Origin: an uncultured virus (IMG/VR IMGVR_UViG_3300014656_001812)
Lineage: Duplodnaviria; Heunggongvirae; Uroviricota; Caudoviricetes
IMG/VR virus record: IMGVR_UViG_3300014656_001812
DNA: 64,000 bases
Reading direction: 5' to 3' (one strand)
Shown here: in pieces, positions 28,566-38,434 of the stretch
Numbering within the stretch: position 1 is the stretch's first letter
Layout of the letters: each line of letters opens with the position of its first letter
The notes under the pieces: model-generated
What the model saw: only the letters and a program-made list of their open reading frames with translations
Told to the model about the DNA's origin: nothing
Databases searched by the model: none
Position numbers and translations under genes: made by a program

Positions 28566-30566
28566 TCACCATACTACATCTACGCCAGTATCTCCGCTAG
28601 AATAATATGAACCAGGAATATCCGGATCCATAATAATCGATTCATAAAATGGATCTTCAGATTCAGTAACATATAAAACAAGATCGTGATAGCCATAGTT
28701 AAGGATAGGAATACTTCGATATGGATCTGAATCAAGTAGTAGCTCATAATTATAAAATGTTGGTGAATAATTCGAAGAGCCCTTATTGATCACAGTAATT
28801 CTGAATCTGACAGTAGAGGGATGCGGCTCCATCCTTATAAAAACCGCATTATCTTCATCTGGAGCGGTATTGATATAATACACTTGTGGATCTGTCCCAT
28901 CTCCATTCATTGGAGTAATGTCATGCCAGGCTTTATCATCGAAACTAACACTAAACTTAATGACAAGATCATTAGCGTCAATCCCGTGTCTATCGTAGTC
29001 AACATTAACTCTTACATTCCTAGCACCATTAACAAGAAATGGAACGGAAGTTATGTCCATTGTTCTCTTATAGTCTCTATGATAGAAACTGATATCTCTA
29101 ATAGGAATGCACCATCTCTTGCCCCCCATGAGTTCGAAACCGACATCTGTCCACGCTTTCTTAGGAATAGCCCAATCAGGAATATCGATTATACCAGATA
29201 AGGAAGCATCAGAAATGGAAAGCCTTTCTAGTTGGTCAAGATGTCCATATTTATGCAAAGCTGTGGGTATTCTCTTTTCGTATCTATAGAGAGTATCTGT
29301 CAATTGTTCCATAGAGATAGAAAATTCAGCCATAAACTTTGCATATTTATGAGCCAATAGACACGAAAAACTATTAGGTTGTACAAGAGTAATGAAAATA
29401 TATCGCAATTTAATGGGTGAAAATGATATCATAGCAGACGCTCCGGGCGCATTACTAGTTTCATTTAGATGAAGGAACGTAGCATTATACGTTAAGTCTA
29501 CTATATTGCCATCCACCATTCCCCGAACGCTCGATATATACGGAGGAGTAAATCCTTTGTAAGGAAGAACAGGAGTACTAATAAGAATAGTGTCTATAAT
29601 CTGATCTCCGATATCAAACGTCAACATCATTCCAAGAGGAGGCACGCCTTGCCACAACTGGAAGTCATCCTTTGTCAACCAGTTAGCATAGTTAAAGTTC
29701 GATACCTCTCCTGTTTCATCGAATATAGTTAGTCCTGGTCTCTTATACCAAGGTTTGCCATTAGTATAGTCTAGTCCATGTCCTCCTGTAAAATTCTCAA
29801 TAGGCATAGTATATTTGCCATTTTGGTCGAGTATCCGATTGGCATAGTTGAATACACCGACGGCACTCTGTAAGTCGAGTCTATATCTAACCATTAACGG
29901 AAGCTTGCACGATTCATATTCAAATACAGTAAGGGCATCCTGGTCGCTGATAGCCTCAGGAGAACCATTATATGCTAACTCCCCCGTTCTCTTTATGTCT
30001 CCCTTCTCTATATATGACTGAAAGTTATTGCCAGGCTCTCCATTCCCTTGTATAGAAACAGAATTAATCGAGACAACCTCTTCTTTATATGTATCAATCA
30101 TGAGAACGCCATTCTTAATTGCAAACCCAGAGCTACGAACTACATCTATCATCGAAGAATTATTGAATTCATCAACTATGTGAGAGACATGTATGCTTCT
30201 TGTAGCATGTATCTCAGAAATAGCATGAGAAAGAGAATTGAACCTAGATTGTATATCTCTGATTGCTATCTGGGAAGAATTATATAACTCGGCAGAAGCT
30301 ACATTAACTACTTTCTCCATTCGTAGTACTTTCCCTATATCTGTTCTAAATGTAGAGATGGCCTTATTGAGTAGCCTTGGACTAAATAAATCTCCTGCTT
30401 TTGGCTCATATGGAACGAAATTGCCAGCAAGCAGACGAGATATGACGCTACTCATAATAGTCTCAAGGTCAAAGGCATCGTAATCATCCTCTCCTTTATC
30501 CGCAGAAAGGAGATCCACAGTTCGAATGAGTTCATCACGAATAAAGCCAGTGAGACGATAATCCAT
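28566..30566 (-). CDS. baseplate/tail structural protein
   Basis: Helical N-terminus, then a beta-rich region with IKFSVSFDD..W..I.P and VRFRI...SPTFYNYEL. Confidence 0.6.
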   Translation of the reverse strand: MDYRLTGFIRDELIRTVDLLSADKGEDDYDAFDLETIMSSVISRLLAGNFVPYEPKAGDLFSPRLLNKAISTFRTDIGKVLRMEKVVNVASAELYNSSQIAIRDIQSRFNSLSHAISEIHATRSIHVSHIVDEFNNSSMIDVVRSSGFAIKNGVLMIDTYKEEVVSINSVSIQGNGEPGNNFQSYIEKGDIKRTGELAYNGSPEAISDQDALTVFEYESCKLPLMVRYRLDLQSAVGVFNYANRILDQNGKYTMPIENFTGGHGLDYTNGKPWYKRPGLTIFDETGEVSNFNYANWLTKDDFQLWQGVPPLGMMLTFDIGDQIIDTILISTPVLPYKGFTPPYISSVRGMVDGNIVDLTYNATFLHLNETSNAPGASAMISFSPIKLRYIFITLVQPNSFSCLLAHKYAKFMAEFSISMEQLTDTLYRYEKRIPTALHKYGHLDQLERLSISDASLSGIIDIPDWAIPKKAWTDVGFELMGGKRWCIPIRDISFYHRDYKRTMDITSVPFLVNGARNVRVNVDYDRHGIDANDLVIKFSVSFDDKAWHDITPMNGDGTDPQVYYINTAPDEDNAVFIRMEPHPSTVRFRITVINKGSSNYSPTFYNYELLLDSDPYRSIPILNYGYHDLVLYVTESEDPFYESIIMDPDIPGSYYSSGDTGVDVVW

Positions 30567-33500
30567 TAGAATGACTCCGATTTATTAAGGACCGAGTATG
30601 CGCTAATAAAAGGCGGCGCACCGCTATTCTTAAGTTTCAAAACCAATCTCAAATCAGGAGCAAGAGATCCATATGTAACTTCCATTGTCCCATTGCTAGG
30701 TAACATATTGAATTTTATAGAATCTCCAATATGAATAAATTCGTACACGGGATAATCTTCAGGATCGAATTGTCGTAAAGACCTCTGTGTTGAGGAACGA
30801 TAGTCGGTTAGATTCCATATATATGGCGTTTTTCTGTCTAAAGACTTTGCCTTGTATGATAGATGGGAATAAGCACCATAGACAGTAATCGCACTGCTCA
30901 CTAAGTCAATGAACGAATCAGTAAATTCGATATATCCCTCATCAAAATTAATACTATAGTTCATACTAAGATGTGGCATTGTAATATAGTCGCCCATGCC
31001 TGGCCCATAAGAAATAACTGCTTCATTGCTATATCCACCAGATGAGATATTAACAGAAGAAAGATCTGTAATAATACCTGGGTTGCCTTCGGAATCAGAG
31101 AGTTCGATTGTAACATCCAGCCATACCTTATCTCCATCCCATTTATTATGTGGAGACTGATATATCTTATCTGTTATTTGAGTAAAAAGCTTCTTGTTTG
31201 TCTTTGGAATTACTACGGTCATAGTGGGAAAGTAGTATTCTTCAGCATTCTGATCGTGATATATGATATTTTCCCCATCGATAAAACGTATAGATAAAGG
31301 ATGTGCCATGCCACTGCTAAGGCCGACATTAGCGTTAAAGCTAGGATCATTATCTATTAAAGCCAGGTCTACATACGGAACCCGAGCAAGCTTTACGGAG
31401 TTGTTCCTAATCTCTCCCATATTGAATTCCTCTACATATCGATTCGGGACATAAGGAGCCGAAAGGATATTAACATCTGGATATGATAAAGAATATTGGG
31501 TTATGTGAAATGTTAAGAATCCATTTGAGACAAAGGAAGGAGAAACACCAGAATATGCTTCTAAGACCGTACGTATTTTTCCAGATGTCGGTGAAGTAGT
31601 TTCTGTTACCTGTCCATATGGTAGATCTGCATTCACTATATCATAACTAATACATTTATCATTATCGATAAATATCATCGCCCGATTATTAATACAGGAA
31701 AGAGAAACATGTCTGACAGAACTAGACATATCAAGACCTGTTTCATTTCTGGCAAGGAAAGATAAAGAGGATGCTCCTCTCATAAGGAAAGCGGTTCCAC
31801 TAATATCAACGCCCATAACGAAACCACCCTGTGAAGCATATCGAGGCACGGCATCTGTATAAAAATGACAAGCTATATATGGCAACAATGGACCGCCAGT
31901 AATTCCAAAAGTAGCAGAAGTGTAATTTATCTCTCCGCTACCTGATGCCTGAAGACGAGCAGTAACTATAAAATCATTATATGTGAGGCTTGTATATATG
32001 CTTCCGTCAAATCTTCCTACTTTGGCTGTAGTATAGAAAAGACCTCCAGTACTTGAGACAGTCCCCGTGTCAGGATAGAATCTCCACGCATATGGTTGAA
32101 ATTCCTCGTTTAGACAGGTTATAGTAAAGTCAACATTTGTGCCCGGATTAATTCTCCCTATAGAATCATGAGATAGAGCCGCCATATAAAGACCATTAAG
32201 AGGATTACTAGCCTCCTGCGAATACAGATATATAGGACGACCCAAAGTAATAGGAAAGTCCTCCCATGAATAAGAATCATTTACCGAGAGGTACGCCTCT
32301 ATGATATTAGAAGTATAGTTAATATCAGATGCCGAGCCATAATTCAACGTAGCAATGAATGTTTCATCAACGATCACATTGAATTTAGCAAGAGAATGGC
32401 TGAAGTACTTCGTTTGCCCAATGAAATTATTATGTCCAGATATAGATTCTGGGATTTCATATTTATCATATACTATACCATCAAGAGCAGAATACTCTAG
32501 ATTAATATCAATCTTCCTCGGACTATTAGAAATATCGAATCTGTTCGAGACATAAAGACCATGATCGAGGTAATGATTTAGAGTTATGTCTATGTCTTTT
32601 ATGCCTATAGAATACTTCAGATAGAATAACTTATTGACGGTAGTAGAAATATATTTATCTATAGCATGATTAATCGCAGCGAGAATGTTTGGCTTGTCTT
32701 GAGTATGAGTAGCACTTATATATTCGAACATGTCTGATAGAATAGCTAAATACAGACGATATCCGGGATAATTTTCATCATATCTAGATAATAGATCAGA
32801 TAGATCCGGAGGATGTAAGAACATCTGTAATAGTCCAGTTAGTTCCCGATCGCTCTCACGAATATTATTGCCTAATAATATATAGTATGGTTGATATAGA
32901 TAGAGTCGTAGCTTAGCGCCTCTAGCTGCTCTGTCAGATACATTATGCTGGTACATACCGGCTATTGTCTTGCCCCAAGGAATATCAATAGAAGTTGGCC
33001 CATCAAGATATAGCACGTCATCAGAATCCATTAACGAATCGACGGCGCCATCCTCAGAAATACATTCCATATTAACTACATAGAATGGAGAAGTAGATAA
33101 GGGATCAATAGAAATTGTATTGAATAACCGCGATTGAAAGAAATCAATATCAAGGACTAAGCCTACTCCGCTACCCATCTTATAATTGCCATTGCTATCT
33201 TTCGGAGACCAGGAAGGTAAAACATTTATTGGATGGGTAGATGAAGCTTCAATAAACCATGTACTATATGGGTTGCCATCAAGAATATTCTGAAGACCAT
33301 AGTCATAGTCTGAGAATCCGCCGCATTGCTTAATAACGGTGGCACTAGCCAGGACTTTATCACCAAAACGTACACAACTAATGGACTTATTCAGGGCCGG
33401 TCCTATCGTGTGCCCAACACTATCCCAGTATGCCCGTTTATAACCCTTATAATATACAGGATTGGTCTCAAACGATATCTCATCTATGAAGTTTTCGTAT

Positions 33501-33778
33501 ATAAATTCGGTAGCAGTACCAGGCTGATACTTAGAGAGCAATTCTTTTGTCTTTATATTTAATGCATTACGAATAGATTCTATATCTCTCAACACAGTAT
33601 GAACAGAACTAGCAAGATAAGTAGCCAATTTGTCATGATTAGAATACAACTTGCGCAGATTATCGGTAAAGGCAAGGGCTCGCATACGGATGTCATTAAC
33701 ATGAACTGGTCCAGTATCAAGGACAGAAATATAATCATTTATCTGTAAAAGGTCCATCTCTTCTTGAAAACTATTCAT
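30566..33778 (-). CDS. large baseplate/tail structural protein
   Basis: 1070 aa; discoidin-like NILDGNPYSTW; C-terminal LRLVLKL...PFISAYSV. Confidence 0.6.
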   Translation of the reverse strand: MNSFQEEMDLLQINDYISVLDTGPVHVNDIRMRALAFTDNLRKLYSNHDKLATYLASSVHTVLRDIESIRNALNIKTKELLSKYQPGTATEFIYENFIDEISFETNPVYYKGYKRAYWDSVGHTIGPALNKSISCVRFGDKVLASATVIKQCGGFSDYDYGLQNILDGNPYSTWFIEASSTHPINVLPSWSPKDSNGNYKMGSGVGLVLDIDFFQSRLFNTISIDPLSTSPFYVVNMECISEDGAVDSLMDSDDVLYLDGPTSIDIPWGKTIAGMYQHNVSDRAARGAKLRLYLYQPYYILLGNNIRESDRELTGLLQMFLHPPDLSDLLSRYDENYPGYRLYLAILSDMFEYISATHTQDKPNILAAINHAIDKYISTTVNKLFYLKYSIGIKDIDITLNHYLDHGLYVSNRFDISNSPRKIDINLEYSALDGIVYDKYEIPESISGHNNFIGQTKYFSHSLAKFNVIVDETFIATLNYGSASDINYTSNIIEAYLSVNDSYSWEDFPITLGRPIYLYSQEASNPLNGLYMAALSHDSIGRINPGTNVDFTITCLNEEFQPYAWRFYPDTGTVSSTGGLFYTTAKVGRFDGSIYTSLTYNDFIVTARLQASGSGEINYTSATFGITGGPLLPYIACHFYTDAVPRYASQGGFVMGVDISGTAFLMRGASSLSFLARNETGLDMSSSVRHVSLSCINNRAMIFIDNDKCISYDIVNADLPYGQVTETTSPTSGKIRTVLEAYSGVSPSFVSNGFLTFHITQYSLSYPDVNILSAPYVPNRYVEEFNMGEIRNNSVKLARVPYVDLALIDNDPSFNANVGLSSGMAHPLSIRFIDGENIIYHDQNAEEYYFPTMTVVIPKTNKKLFTQITDKIYQSPHNKWDGDKVWLDVTIELSDSEGNPGIITDLSSVNISSGGYSNEAVISYGPGMGDYITMPHLSMNYSINFDEGYIEFTDSFIDLVSSAITVYGAYSHLSYKAKSLDRKTPYIWNLTDYRSSTQRSLRQFDPEDYPVYEFIHIGDSIKFNMLPSNGTMEVTYGSLAPDLRLVLKLKNSGAPPFISAYSVLNKSESF

Positions 33779-36008
33779 ACTTTATCACGTATTCAACCCC
33801 GGCGGCGATGAACTTGCTCACAACGCTATCGAGATATTCCTGAGTAATGATGCCACTATTCAATTGGTCATTAATCAACGAAGGAAGATGTACAACAACA
33901 GCGCCAGCGATTGGATAACTATCATCTGCATGTTTATCCCATACATTGGTACTACTGATATGTTCTCCTCCTTTTCTTCTCGAATCATAGTACTGTGTTG
34001 TAATAGGAGAAGAATTAGGTATAAGATTTATAATTGCTAGGCGCAGAGCTAGCGGGTTGTAGCCATTTGAATATGAAAGGAACATCGAAGAGTCGAATGT
34101 ATGTAGTAATGTAGTTCCCGTATAGTCAATACGATATACCGGGTAATATTGTCCATCTATTAAGTGTTCTATATAGATAATACTAGGAATAGAATAAAGA
34201 TGTACCGTCTTATTAAATAGAAGATAACTCGGAGCATACATCGCCGCTACGTTACGCATCTGTAATTGTGAATATACCCCAGAAGTTTCAAGAATGCCTA
34301 CATTCTTATCAAACTGATACGAACCAATTAGTGTGGAACTCCAACTGTCTACTATAATAGGATCATTAACTATCCCTTTCAGATGAGTGTACCATAAAGT
34401 AGGAGACACACTTCCTAGAGGAATGAGATTCTCGAACGTAGATGAATATCCTATAAAATGCCCCTCCATGGGATTAAAATCCAATCTATAGTTAAGTGCG
34501 GGAGTATCATAGCCACGATATACTTCCCAATATTTAATATATTGGTAGTTCACATATATTTCTGACGATTCGGCAATGGTCTTGAGACTAGCGATATTAT
34601 CCTTATCAACAACTATTGTTCTATTTCTTGGATCAATGACAATATCTGGATCTGGGGTATCAAAAGTATAATCGGATATTATCCCATCTAATGTATCAGA
34701 AGTATATATTTTGACTCTGCTTCCAGGACCAAGATACACAGGTCCATTTTCTAAAACAAGTGTATCGTCTGAAATTACTATCGCAGGCTCACCATTAACA
34801 TCTACAGGAGACGGGGAAACGTCGCCGATATGGTATTCAAGCACTATACGAACAGTACCAGACGAATCTTCTCCCATTGGCTCAAATAGAATACTACCCA
34901 CGACATCAAGGAAATCATTCTGTAAAATAGTTGTATCGTAACCAAGCCGGTCGAGATACTTAATAGTGCTACTAAGAGTCTCAATCATCCTAAAGCGCCC
35001 TCCGCACGCTTCAAGATACCAGGGAGAAGCAAGGACATTATGCAGATAGTTGATACGGATATTAACATCTCCACGGCCAAAGATATTATAAGCAAGAAAC
35101 AGCGGGCGTGATCTTTGATACATATATTTATATTCCCCGCCCGCGGCATAACAATAAACATCAGTTACATCATCTGGTATCTGATGTGGAAGTACCTCTT
35201 CAACATAATTAGGCATATGATCTATGACACTTGATCCAGATAGAGTCGCAGCATTATAGTTAACATAGTATGAATATTTGTTGAATGGACCAAAGTTCCC
35301 ATAGACGACCAAACGATGAGCATTGCCACGAGAACCACTAATCGTTAAGAGGTAGTCCTCACCAGGTATTAACTCTTCCCCGTCGGATCTGATAATGCTG
35401 ACATCATCGCCTATATAGAATCTTAATGCTCTAAAAGCAGTACCAGATTTGTCTCTGATGCTTGGTATATAATTTCCTTCTTTAAGTTCAGATGTATAGT
35501 GAAGTTTGCCAAGAATATATCTAAAGAAGAACGGTGAAGGAGAATCCGTCAGTGAAAACGAATCGCCGGCCTTTCTCAGGGAACAAAACGTAGTACTATA
35601 TGGCATTGGAAGAGGATAGACAGTACCAGTAAGACGAATCCAACTCAGTGGAGCAGTTATGTTTTTATTGTACATTTCCTGATCAAATGTTCCGATAATA
35701 CTTACGCATTGTTCAGGATTAGATGTACTATCTTCATAATATGCCAGGTTCAAAGATGTGCTAGTATCTACAGAATAGGCAGTATGAAAAATTAACGAAC
35801 GATTAGGGATCCCAGAGAATATCGACGTATGAGGAACATCGGATTCGATATCACAAAAGTCATATACCCAAGGAAGATGTGCATCAATTATTGTAGATGG
35901 ACTAGAATAAGTATATGTATCAGATATACCAGAAAAGAGCCGAGACAGATAACTGTCGATTGGCTCGGAAGAAGGAATGCCGTATGCGTTGGTCGAACTA
36001 AATCTCAT
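33771..36008 (-). CDS. baseplate/tail structural protein
   Basis: C-terminal DSRRKGG...YPIAGAVVVHLP...AAGV; structural operon context. Confidence 0.6.
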   Translation of the reverse strand: MRFSSTNAYGIPSSEPIDSYLSRLFSGISDTYTYSSPSTIIDAHLPWVYDFCDIESDVPHTSIFSGIPNRSLIFHTAYSVDTSTSLNLAYYEDSTSNPEQCVSIIGTFDQEMYNKNITAPLSWIRLTGTVYPLPMPYSTTFCSLRKAGDSFSLTDSPSPFFFRYILGKLHYTSELKEGNYIPSIRDKSGTAFRALRFYIGDDVSIIRSDGEELIPGEDYLLTISGSRGNAHRLVVYGNFGPFNKYSYYVNYNAATLSGSSVIDHMPNYVEEVLPHQIPDDVTDVYCYAAGGEYKYMYQRSRPLFLAYNIFGRGDVNIRINYLHNVLASPWYLEACGGRFRMIETLSSTIKYLDRLGYDTTILQNDFLDVVGSILFEPMGEDSSGTVRIVLEYHIGDVSPSPVDVNGEPAIVISDDTLVLENGPVYLGPGSRVKIYTSDTLDGIISDYTFDTPDPDIVIDPRNRTIVVDKDNIASLKTIAESSEIYVNYQYIKYWEVYRGYDTPALNYRLDFNPMEGHFIGYSSTFENLIPLGSVSPTLWYTHLKGIVNDPIIVDSWSSTLIGSYQFDKNVGILETSGVYSQLQMRNVAAMYAPSYLLFNKTVHLYSIPSIIYIEHLIDGQYYPVYRIDYTGTTLLHTFDSSMFLSYSNGYNPLALRLAIINLIPNSSPITTQYYDSRRKGGEHISSTNVWDKHADDSYPIAGAVVVHLPSLINDQLNSGIITQEYLDSVVSKFIAAGVEYVIKYE

Positions 36009-38434
36009 TCTAGGCTACTCGATATCTGATGGAATAGATCATAAGGAGGAGAGGCGTCTCCTTTGTATAAAAGAGCATAGCCTCTGGTATCATCAGTAGT
36101 TAGTTTGATAAGCAATGCCACACCATGATAAGATGTATTGTGCTTAAGATAGTAGACACATATGCCATGTTCATCTGTACTCGGTTTCAGCCCAATTATA
36201 CTTGTACTAGCAGGGGCTCCAATAATATAGCCCCCACCAGAATTAATTATATCATAGACATTGAGCATAGTAGACTGGCCTACAGATGGATGACCAGACG
36301 AATCTTTGATCACACCAACAATATAGTTCCCTTGACTTTGGATCATTCTAGAATCACTAAAAACATCTATTTTTTGCGTCTGCTCGTGTTTTGAAGATAG
36401 ACAGATAAATCTATTAGTCATCCCTGTGACCATAGGATTTACCGATACATTAATGTTCCTGTACTTTGTAATAGTGCGTTCATATATAATAGACGGAAGA
36501 TTGTAGCTTTTATCAAATGTAATAAGTGGTGTCCCTGACATCTTCTCTATAGAATAGGAATCTTTGATTCTATAATGTACATCAAGGCTACCTGTATAGT
36601 CAAGAACCGACAACCTATTGCTACCATCATTAATATATGAGACAGGAGGAATAGTATAAAGAATATCAATGTTATTGTATGACAACAAGTGGATATAATT
36701 ATCAACATCAACATAGATTGTATCATTTGTAAATATATCAGGAACCTGTCTTGCCGGCCGATTATGAACATCAAATGATAGTTTATGCAAAAGACCATCT
36801 GTCAAAACCAACAAATTGTCGGTCTCATAGGAGAGATCCACAACACCACCCGAAAGAGTACTACATCCACAAGGAACGAAGAATTCATTGTCCCGAACTA
36901 TCTCTACTAGCTTTGTATCTCTAATATGATAATTATGCTCGACGAGATCAGGATCGGTATATGTAAATGTACCAGAAATATTGATTCCGATAAATATAGT
37001 ATCATTTTTAGAAGCAATACCAGCAATCGTTGCGTGGGTCGTGACATCGGCTATGGCCGTAGACGGCACGCTACCTGTAAATGTGACACTAAAATTAGCT
37101 ATATCACTAATAGTAAATTTATCGATTTCAACATAGCGATCCATCAATTGGTCTAGCGTCCTGAAATGGCAATCTAGCCCAAGACCATCTGTTGTCAGCA
37201 ACATAACTCGATTATCGTGCTCACATATGCCCCGAATCTCTATGTTGGTACTAGACCATACGGCCCGATTATTCTTCCAGAGAACATTTCTATCATCTGA
37301 CATATAATAGAAACCATTTATCCGTTTAGCATATCTTATCTCTCCGATACCAGGACCAACCAATAAGGAAAGATCCTGAACGACATTGTCCTGTACATCG
37401 TAATATATTTTATCTCTCGTCTTATTAGATCCATCAATAGAATTGACGCCGTGTATATCTCTGGAACTAAATACTGACAATTCACTCGGTAGATTAATAT
37501 GAGTAGGACCATTATATCTAGGATCAAGGGTGGCAGTCATTGATTCTACATTAGGAAGACCAAAATCAACAAATCCTATCACGTGTCCCGCTACGATATC
37601 ATCAGGAGGAAGCCAGGTACTAAATGTTAGTCCTAATTTTCCTATCCACGTAGGCCAACTGTATATATCAGTAACAAGACCTGTAGGAGCCTCAAATGTT
37701 GGGCGCGCGAAGAGATAATTCTCGTTATCATCTATAGAATACCATCCGGTATGGACGCCTGGATTCCATTCATGCTCCTTCTTAACATTGAGGAGTCGAA
37801 GAGTTGGCGGAACATACATTGTTAGGAGAGCAAATTGTGTTGATATAGCACCAATATATCCGGGCACAGTAGTCTGAAATCGCAATCTTCCATTGTCTAC
37901 ATCCCACCAGTCCAAAGTTCCTGTCTGAACGTGTGTGAATGTAGTACAAGATGCTGGATAGTAATATCCATTCGCGCCGCTTGCAAGGGCATCAAGGTTA
38001 TCCGCCCCAAAAACAATATGAAGCTGGACGAACGGAGATTCCAGTAGTTTTTTGTCTTCGGGACGCAATTTATGAGAGAATATATTAGTTCCTGCTCCAT
38101 GATACTGTGCTAGCGTTCCGCTATCGCCATAAGAGAACGGATAAAGGTATTTAGCATAATGGGCAGGGTCTACGAAGACACGTATACATTCATCAGCATT
38201 AGTCCAAGCGATATAGTTATCTGTCTCATCTAGATATGACTCATGCAGACTTTCAGTTTCTTCTCCTACGATACGAACACGAGATTCAAAGTCATAAGAA
38301 CCGTAGGCCTGGATAGTGGCTAGAGAATCAAATGGGTGAGCTCCTACGTGCGAGTCGATGTAAGCAGAGTTGGCAAATGCCTCAACATTTATTGTCATCC
38401 AAATAGTGCCGAGAGGAGGCCCAGGATCAGGCAT
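36005..38434 (-). CDS. virion structural protein
   Basis: 809 aa, beta-rich, WNPGVHTGWY motif; operon context. Confidence 0.58.
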   Translation of the reverse strand: MPDPGPPLGTIWMTINVEAFANSAYIDSHVGAHPFDSLATIQAYGSYDFESRVRIVGEETESLHESYLDETDNYIAWTNADECIRVFVDPAHYAKYLYPFSYGDSGTLAQYHGAGTNIFSHKLRPEDKKLLESPFVQLHIVFGADNLDALASGANGYYYPASCTTFTHVQTGTLDWWDVDNGRLRFQTTVPGYIGAISTQFALLTMYVPPTLRLLNVKKEHEWNPGVHTGWYSIDDNENYLFARPTFEAPTGLVTDIYSWPTWIGKLGLTFSTWLPPDDIVAGHVIGFVDFGLPNVESMTATLDPRYNGPTHINLPSELSVFSSRDIHGVNSIDGSNKTRDKIYYDVQDNVVQDLSLLVGPGIGEIRYAKRINGFYYMSDDRNVLWKNNRAVWSSTNIEIRGICEHDNRVMLLTTDGLGLDCHFRTLDQLMDRYVEIDKFTISDIANFSVTFTGSVPSTAIADVTTHATIAGIASKNDTIFIGINISGTFTYTDPDLVEHNYHIRDTKLVEIVRDNEFFVPCGCSTLSGGVVDLSYETDNLLVLTDGLLHKLSFDVHNRPARQVPDIFTNDTIYVDVDNYIHLLSYNNIDILYTIPPVSYINDGSNRLSVLDYTGSLDVHYRIKDSYSIEKMSGTPLITFDKSYNLPSIIYERTITKYRNINVSVNPMVTGMTNRFICLSSKHEQTQKIDVFSDSRMIQSQGNYIVGVIKDSSGHPSVGQSTMLNVYDIINSGGGYIIGAPASTSIIGLKPSTDEHGICVYYLKHNTSYHGVALLIKLTTDDTRGYALLYKGDASPPYDLFHQISSSLE

